Shown in pieces: positions 58,362 through 64,000 of a stretch of 64,000 nt of DNA. Positions within the stretch are counted from its first letter, which is position 1. Each line of letters begins with the position of its first letter. The notes under the pieces were generated by a model that had not been told where the DNA came from, searched no databases, and was given only the letters and a program-made list of their open reading frames with translations. Where the stretch lies: the NCBI GenBank assembly GCA_002269645.1, contig NIVC01000557.1, positions 124,001-188,000 on the forward strand. Reading direction: 5' to 3'. Origin of the DNA: Macrostomum lignano. Lineage: Eukaryota. The position numbers and the translations under genes are program-made.

Positions 58362-58478
58362 GGGGGTTGTAGCCTAATGTGTGTGGCGACCCCCCAGTCC
58401 TTGGACTGAACAGCCGTACGCAAGCTTCAAGATGCGCCGCGCAATAGCTGCGGCTGGGCTGTCGGTTGCACATCTGCC
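58362..58478 (+). mobile_element. SINE family 2, internally deleted copy
   Basis: The 5' ggggttgtagcct is joined directly to the tail (gtgtgtggcgacccccagtcc…gcacatctgcc). Confidence 0.75.
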
Positions 58479-60444
58479 TATTATAGGGCAGGTGTAATCA
58501 AATATTGTTATAAGAATGTAACTCGTATCGTTTTCAAATACTCGTACGTATAACAAGATGTACATGTAGCCAGCTAAACCCCGTACAGCAATCTAACGTT
58601 GGTCGAGGTTTCCGATGACTATCAACTTCGGTTCCGTCGCTATAGGAAATGGGTATCTTCACATTGCACCGACTTTCAGCTGATGTATATAACGCCGTTA
58701 ATTGTCGTTGCAATGTAAAAATACCCCATTTCCCACTTCGAGGGGTGTCAAAATGTTGCGCGGGAAAGTGAAGTACTTATGGTTGTCTCGGGGTTGTCTC
58801 GAGGTGGCCTGGTAGGTCTTTGAATCCCACCGCTGCCACCAATGTTGTACCTGTGCTTCTCCTGCTGTCTAGCACAGTGATTTTGGCTCTCCGTCTTCTC
58901 AACCGGAAGCCTTCTAATATTAGCTCTTAGTAGCGTAGGTAGTGCTGCCACAGTTCCTTCAGGTCTCGGCCTTCAGTGAGGTGAGCTTCCCGTCGGAACG
59001 AAATAAACAAGTCAACGAACTCAGCACAGCGTGCAGATTTGCAGATTAATGAACAAGGCGTCCTGGTCAGCAGATCCCGCCGGGCTCAGGGGCTGGGAAG
59101 GCAGTGTTAGCCTCGATCCTTAGGCTTGGGCGTCTAAGTTTAGTCAGTCCAATGGGCAAAACTGAACGGAGTCTAGAAAACTAGACTAAAGAAGAACAAC
59201 AAGAAGACAATAAGAAGACTAATTCGACAACTACGAGTAGGAGACTAAGAAGACAAATTCTTGACTGAACCAAGGGTGAGGGGCACGTATTTATAGGCAG
59301 GAAATCCCCGCTGCACCAGTGTGCGCCGGACCTCCTGACTCTGTTCTATTTTAGAACTGACGTCACTCTCTGCCTTAGAGAAGGCAGGCTCTGCGGGTAA
59401 AGTGCACAGAGTGCATGGCTCATAATCTATTTTTAGAAACATGAGTCACCTATTACCTTAGAGAAGGCAAGGGCCCCGAAGCACGTGATTCCTCCTGTAA
59501 ACACGGGCCAACGAATGCAGTAAACATGTTTACTGCACTTTAGGACTTCGCGAAAACAAGACTTGTCAGGTGACTTGCTCACATGACAAGGAAAACAGGC
59601 CGCCAGCGTGACCTCAGGACAGAAACGAACCGCAGAGCAGGCCACAGCAGAGAAGCTCGTGGCTGCAAGCAAGAGCGCAGAGAAGAGGGGGCGCCAGAGA
59701 ACAGGCAGCAAAAAGGGAGGGAGGCTGCCCAGCGGCAGACAGCAACCCAGGGCGAGGGCGAGGGCGAAGGAAGCTGCTGACAATAGTGCGACGCCGAACA
59801 CCAAACTAGCAGATCACTACAAAAGTAATATCGTAGCTAGGTCGCTTAACCTCATAAATCCCGAAATTTCGATACGTCAAAGACGACATAATTCACAAGT
59901 TCGAAATCTTATAAACTTGAAGGTTAAAAGTCTCGAAGTTTCCTCTCCAATTTTGCTTAAAAATCATCGAAATCGATTAAAGAGCTTGCGGAAGTGACTA
60001 TATTAAGACTCTTGGACGATGTGAACTTTAAGCTTGAAAAATGGAAAGATTGTCAAATGCAATATGATGCGAAACATTCGGGAAACCCCGCTATTGTAGA
60101 TAGCCATGTAGCTACTAGCTCGTATGCATTGCTATTACGAGAGTACAACTAAAATAGTCAATTTTAAACATGAAACAAAGCGAACTCTGGAATTTATTTT
60201 GTACAAGTCCATTAAAAGCTTCGTCCTTGTTAAAGATTAACGAAAAAAAATAGATTTGGCATAAGCTATTGAAATTTATTTTTTTAAGCACATAAACAAT
60301 AATTTCATCTGAGAAGTAAATATATATAAATCTAAGCTGAATCTATGATGTACGAGTACAGTGTTACTTTTTAAAAAATATTTCACGATGTGAATTACTA
60401 CGGTAGCTACAATTAACATAATACCCGGTTGAAAATAAATCAGG

Positions 60445-61637
60445 ATTGGCCCACTAAAATTGGCCCACTGATCGGCCACTTCGTGTCCCAAAAGCCCACT
60501 GAAAAAGCCCCCTTATTTTTACAAATCATGCTCAGCCCACTGCTCGGCCCATCTGACGGCCCACTGAAATAAAGCCCACTGATCGGCCCACTGACGGCCC
60601 ACTGAAATGAAGCCCACTGACGGTCCACTGAAATAAAGCCCACTGATCGGCCCACTGACGGCCCACTGAAATGAAGCCCACTTATCGGCCCACTGACGGC
60701 CCACTGAAATGAAGCCCACTTATCGGCCCACTGACGGCCCACTGAAATGAAGCCCACTGATCGGCCCACTGACGGCCCACTGAAATGAAGCCCACTGACG
60801 GCCCACTGAAATAAAGCCCACTGATCGGCCCACTGACGGCCCACTGAAATGAAGCCCACTTATCGGCCCACTGACGGCCCACTGAAATGAAGCCCACTTA
60901 TCGGCCCACTGACGGCCCACTGAAATGAAGCCCACTGATCGGCCCACTGACGGCCCACTGAAATGAAGCCCACTGACGGCCCACTGAAATAAAGCCCAAT
61001 GATCGGCCCACTGACGGCCCACTGAAATGAAGCCCACTTATCGGCCCACTGACGGCCCACTGAAATGAAGCCCACTTATCGGCCCACTGACGGCCCACTG
61101 AAATGAAGCCCACTGACGGCCCACTGAAATAAAGCCCACTGATCGGCCCACTGACGGCCCACTGAAATGAAGCCCACTTATCGGCCCACTGACGGCCCAC
61201 TGAAATGAAGCCCACTTATCGGCCCACTGACGGCCCACTGAAATGAAGCCCACTGATCGGCCCACTGACGGCCCACTGAAATGAAGCCCACTGACGGCCC
61301 ACTGAAATAAAGCCCACTGATCGGCCCACTGACGGCCCACTGAAATGAAGCCCACTTATCGGCCCACTGACGGCCCACTGAAATGAAGCCCACTTATCGG
61401 CCCACTGACGGCCCACTGAAATGAAGCCCACTGACGGCCCACTGAAATAAAGCCTACTGATCGGCCCACTGACGGCCCACTAAAATGAAGCCCACTGATC
61501 GGCCCACTGACGGCCCACTGAAATGAAGCCCACTGACGGCCCACTGAAATAAAGCCCACTGATCGGCCCACTGACGGCCCACTGAAATGAAGCCCACTGA
61601 TCGGCCCACTGAAATAAAGCCCACTGACGGCCCACTA
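60445..61637. repeat. Composite minisatellite built from gcccact modules (~38-bp units)
   Basis: Direct reading; the many overlapping ORFs are artefacts. Confidence 0.96.
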
Positions 61638-61867
61638 TGTCGTCACGTCGGGAATAAAAAAATAATACAACAATGTACAATGTGAAGTGTTACATATTGT
61701 TACAATGTAACAACGTGCACTCATTTGTGTCCAGTCTCAAATATAAAATTGTAACCCCTGACTGATGGGCATTTTGTTTGACTATATTTATATACGCCTT
61801 AGACGTTGGACGTCTTGGGCACGAAGTCGAAAATTTGAACTTTAAAACTTTAAAACTTTAAAATGAG

Positions 61868-63324
61868 TCACAGGTCATCATCTGACGAATCGTTACTGTC
61901 GCCGTCGACTCCGTCGCCACCGCCGCCGCTACCGCCGCCGCCGCCGCCACCGCCGCCGCTTGCAGTTGGAAGCAGTGCTGTCGACGGATCTGAGCAAGTT
62001 GGCTCGCTCGCCTTTTTTGAGCTGCGGTTCCGGCGGGTTCTGGCAGTGCGGCGGAAGACTCTGCCTAATTCGGCATCCTGTATGACGCATCTGTCGGCCT
62101 CTTCAAGTTTGCTGACGAGGTACGCCTTTATGGCCGCCTTTTTCGAGCTGTCTGGCTCAATCCGGTTGGCAGACTTGGCAGTATTGGTCTGACGACCAGC
62201 CCAGGATGCGGTCTTGAAGTCCGCATCGGAACAGACAGCCGATATAACGAGCCGAATGGCTCGCCTGCGACTCTTCTGATTCCTTGGTGCTTGCCTCAGT
62301 CCTTTCGTGGCAGCATCCAACTCGGGCAGGTCGGACCGGCGAACCAGTATTGTAGGAAATTCAGCCATCAGTGGTACACGACGGTCGCTGGACGAGGCAC
62401 ATGCTGAGGTGATCGACGACGAAAAATTACTAATAGCTAAGGCTATAGACTGATTGAGAAAATCACCGCCAATACGCGCCGACCCTGAGCCGATTTGCTC
62501 ACGCGCCGATCCTGAGCCGCCTGTCCGCCTCATCGCGGCGTCCAGGTCCAGGCGTCCAGGCGTCCAGACATTCGGCGTCCAGGTTTCAGCAACGCGAACG
62601 CGTCTGCAGGTAGGCGTCTGCAGGCTCCGACCCAAGTGACGCCGCCGATTTTAACAGGTTGTTGTGCGACGCTCACTAAACAGTTGGATGTACGCAGCTA
62701 AGGAGTCGTGAGTCAATGCAGAGCCCGCAAACACTGCAGCCCCATTCCTCCCTCCTGGCTGCATGGCGACCTCAACAGCACCAGCATCATCATCAGCATC
62801 ATCGTCATCACAGCCACATGGATCTAGATCTTCGGCAGACATAGGTGCACCGCCCCAATAGTCGTCATCCTGGGCAAGGTCGCCATCTGGATCAACAACA
62901 ATGTGCTGTACATCTTCATCATCGGAGTAGTTCGAGCCAACAGGCTCAATTGTCTTCTGCATCGTGACACCGCCAGTCTCACTGGGCGCTCGTGCATTGC
63001 TGCCCGTAGCTAAATTGCCACTGTCTTCGTCGGGATCAACGACAATAGGCTGCTCATCAGATCCAGCAGGCTCCACCGCCCCCGACTACATGTGGACACT
63101 GCAGGTCGTGTCGGCGGCACTGCTGCCGTTAGCCGCACTGCTACCTGACGCCAGCGGCTTGGTTCGAACACCAGCAGGCTCCACCGCACCCGCATACGCT
63201 TGACGACCGTTACCAGTAGCAGCAGGTTGTAACTGAAGTGTGTTCGCCAATGATTTGCGTACTCGACTAAAGCACGAGCGATGGACCGTGACTTTTTGTC
63301 CAGTCCTCGGAGTCGTTCGAGCGA
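61868..63324 (-). pseudogene. BEN-domain protein gene or pseudogene, last exon, with in-frame stops at 63088-63086 (TAG) and 62653-62651 (TAA)
   Basis: One reading frame runs from the AG acceptor at 63324 to the stop at 61868. The C-terminal AIRLVISAVCSDADFKTASWAGR…PDSSKKAAIKAYLVSKL…ELGRVFRRTARTRR fits the BEN-domain pattern. Confidence 0.55.
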
Positions 63325-63585
63325 CTTTAAATGAAAGTTAGGGTTAAGACTCCGTTGGAGTATGGAATGCGTACAATACAGGTCTAAATGAAGACAGGGT
63401 TTTAGAACCTGCAGAACTATCTATAATACTGTAGAATGAACTGGACAGACATATATACGTGGACACGTACCTAAAGATACATCCAGACAAAAGTAGACAG
63501 ACGGACCGACAGAACTAGATGCACATCAAGATATAGGGAAGGATAGGTAGATAGGTGGACAGATGGATAATAGACAGATGATGGG

Positions 63586-63620
<35 letters not shown>

Positions 63621-63924
63621 CAGGCACTATAAAAAAGCAGATTGTGCCTCGCATGGATTTCCATACTCGTATTGTTTTGATTTACGCTGCTACTTTTTTA
63701 AAACTAATGACAAATGACTAGGCCTTCCATCGATCTCACCCTCTTTCTCATTGTTCTCATTGTTGATTTGTCGCGTTCCTGTCGTTACCTACGAAGTCAC
63801 TGTTACCTGCCTCTTTTATTTTGCATTTTTTACCTAATTAACGAACAACACCAAATAGAGCAGTGCGCTTAATCTCTATGCTGTCCTTAGGCTGCTCTGC
63901 TGCCCTGTCTGACCAGTCAGTCTG

Positions 63925-63929
63925 TCAGT

Positions 63930-63968
<39 letters not shown>

Positions 63969-64000
63969 CCAGCCTGCCTGCCTGCCTGCCTGCCAGCCTG
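63925..64000. repeat. (CTGC)n microsatellite; inverse (GGCA)n at about 63584-63620
   Basis: Direct reading. Confidence 0.95.

Noticed and set aside
59095-59140. Twister-ribozyme-like motifs on the minus strand (CCCAAGCC…GAGG…UAACACUGCC)
   Set aside because: There is no AGUG partner for P2, no P1 stem between GAGG and UAA, and the T1 pseudoknot does not pair. An Infernal search would settle it.

Overview
Eukaryotic (animal) genomic DNA with spliceosomal introns, GC-rich exons and a different minisatellite in nearly every intron. The style suggests a free-living flatworm such as Macrostomum, which is an inference only. Hand-spliced gene models, with splice phases checked: the 3' end of BLTP1/KIAA1109/Tweek (+); a 1323-aa orphan TPR-like gene (+); a 5-exon ~360-aa gene with two copies of a chromo/Tudor-knot-like domain (+); intronless TBCA (+); a complete 893-aa PKD2/PKD2L1-type polycystin channel (-); the 3' half only of an SLC7A cationic amino-acid transporter (+); a WD40 gene with a nonsense codon (-); a secreted fibrinogen-domain gene (+); and a BEN-domain gene with two in-frame stops (-). 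Mobile DNA includes two tRNA-derived SINE families (one with a CORE-like domain), a THAP/P-like transposase remnant, a hAT MITE, a foldback element and a 5S-rRNA-like relic. The best finding is a tandem pair of 114-nt, phase-1 exons in PKD2 that each encode pre-S1/S1, so they are candidate mutually exclusive exons. Inverted SINE pairs bracket the in-frame exon block containing them, and the locus carries RFX X-boxes. No prokaryotic features or CRISPR arrays were found. Homology calls come from remembered motifs, not from database searches.
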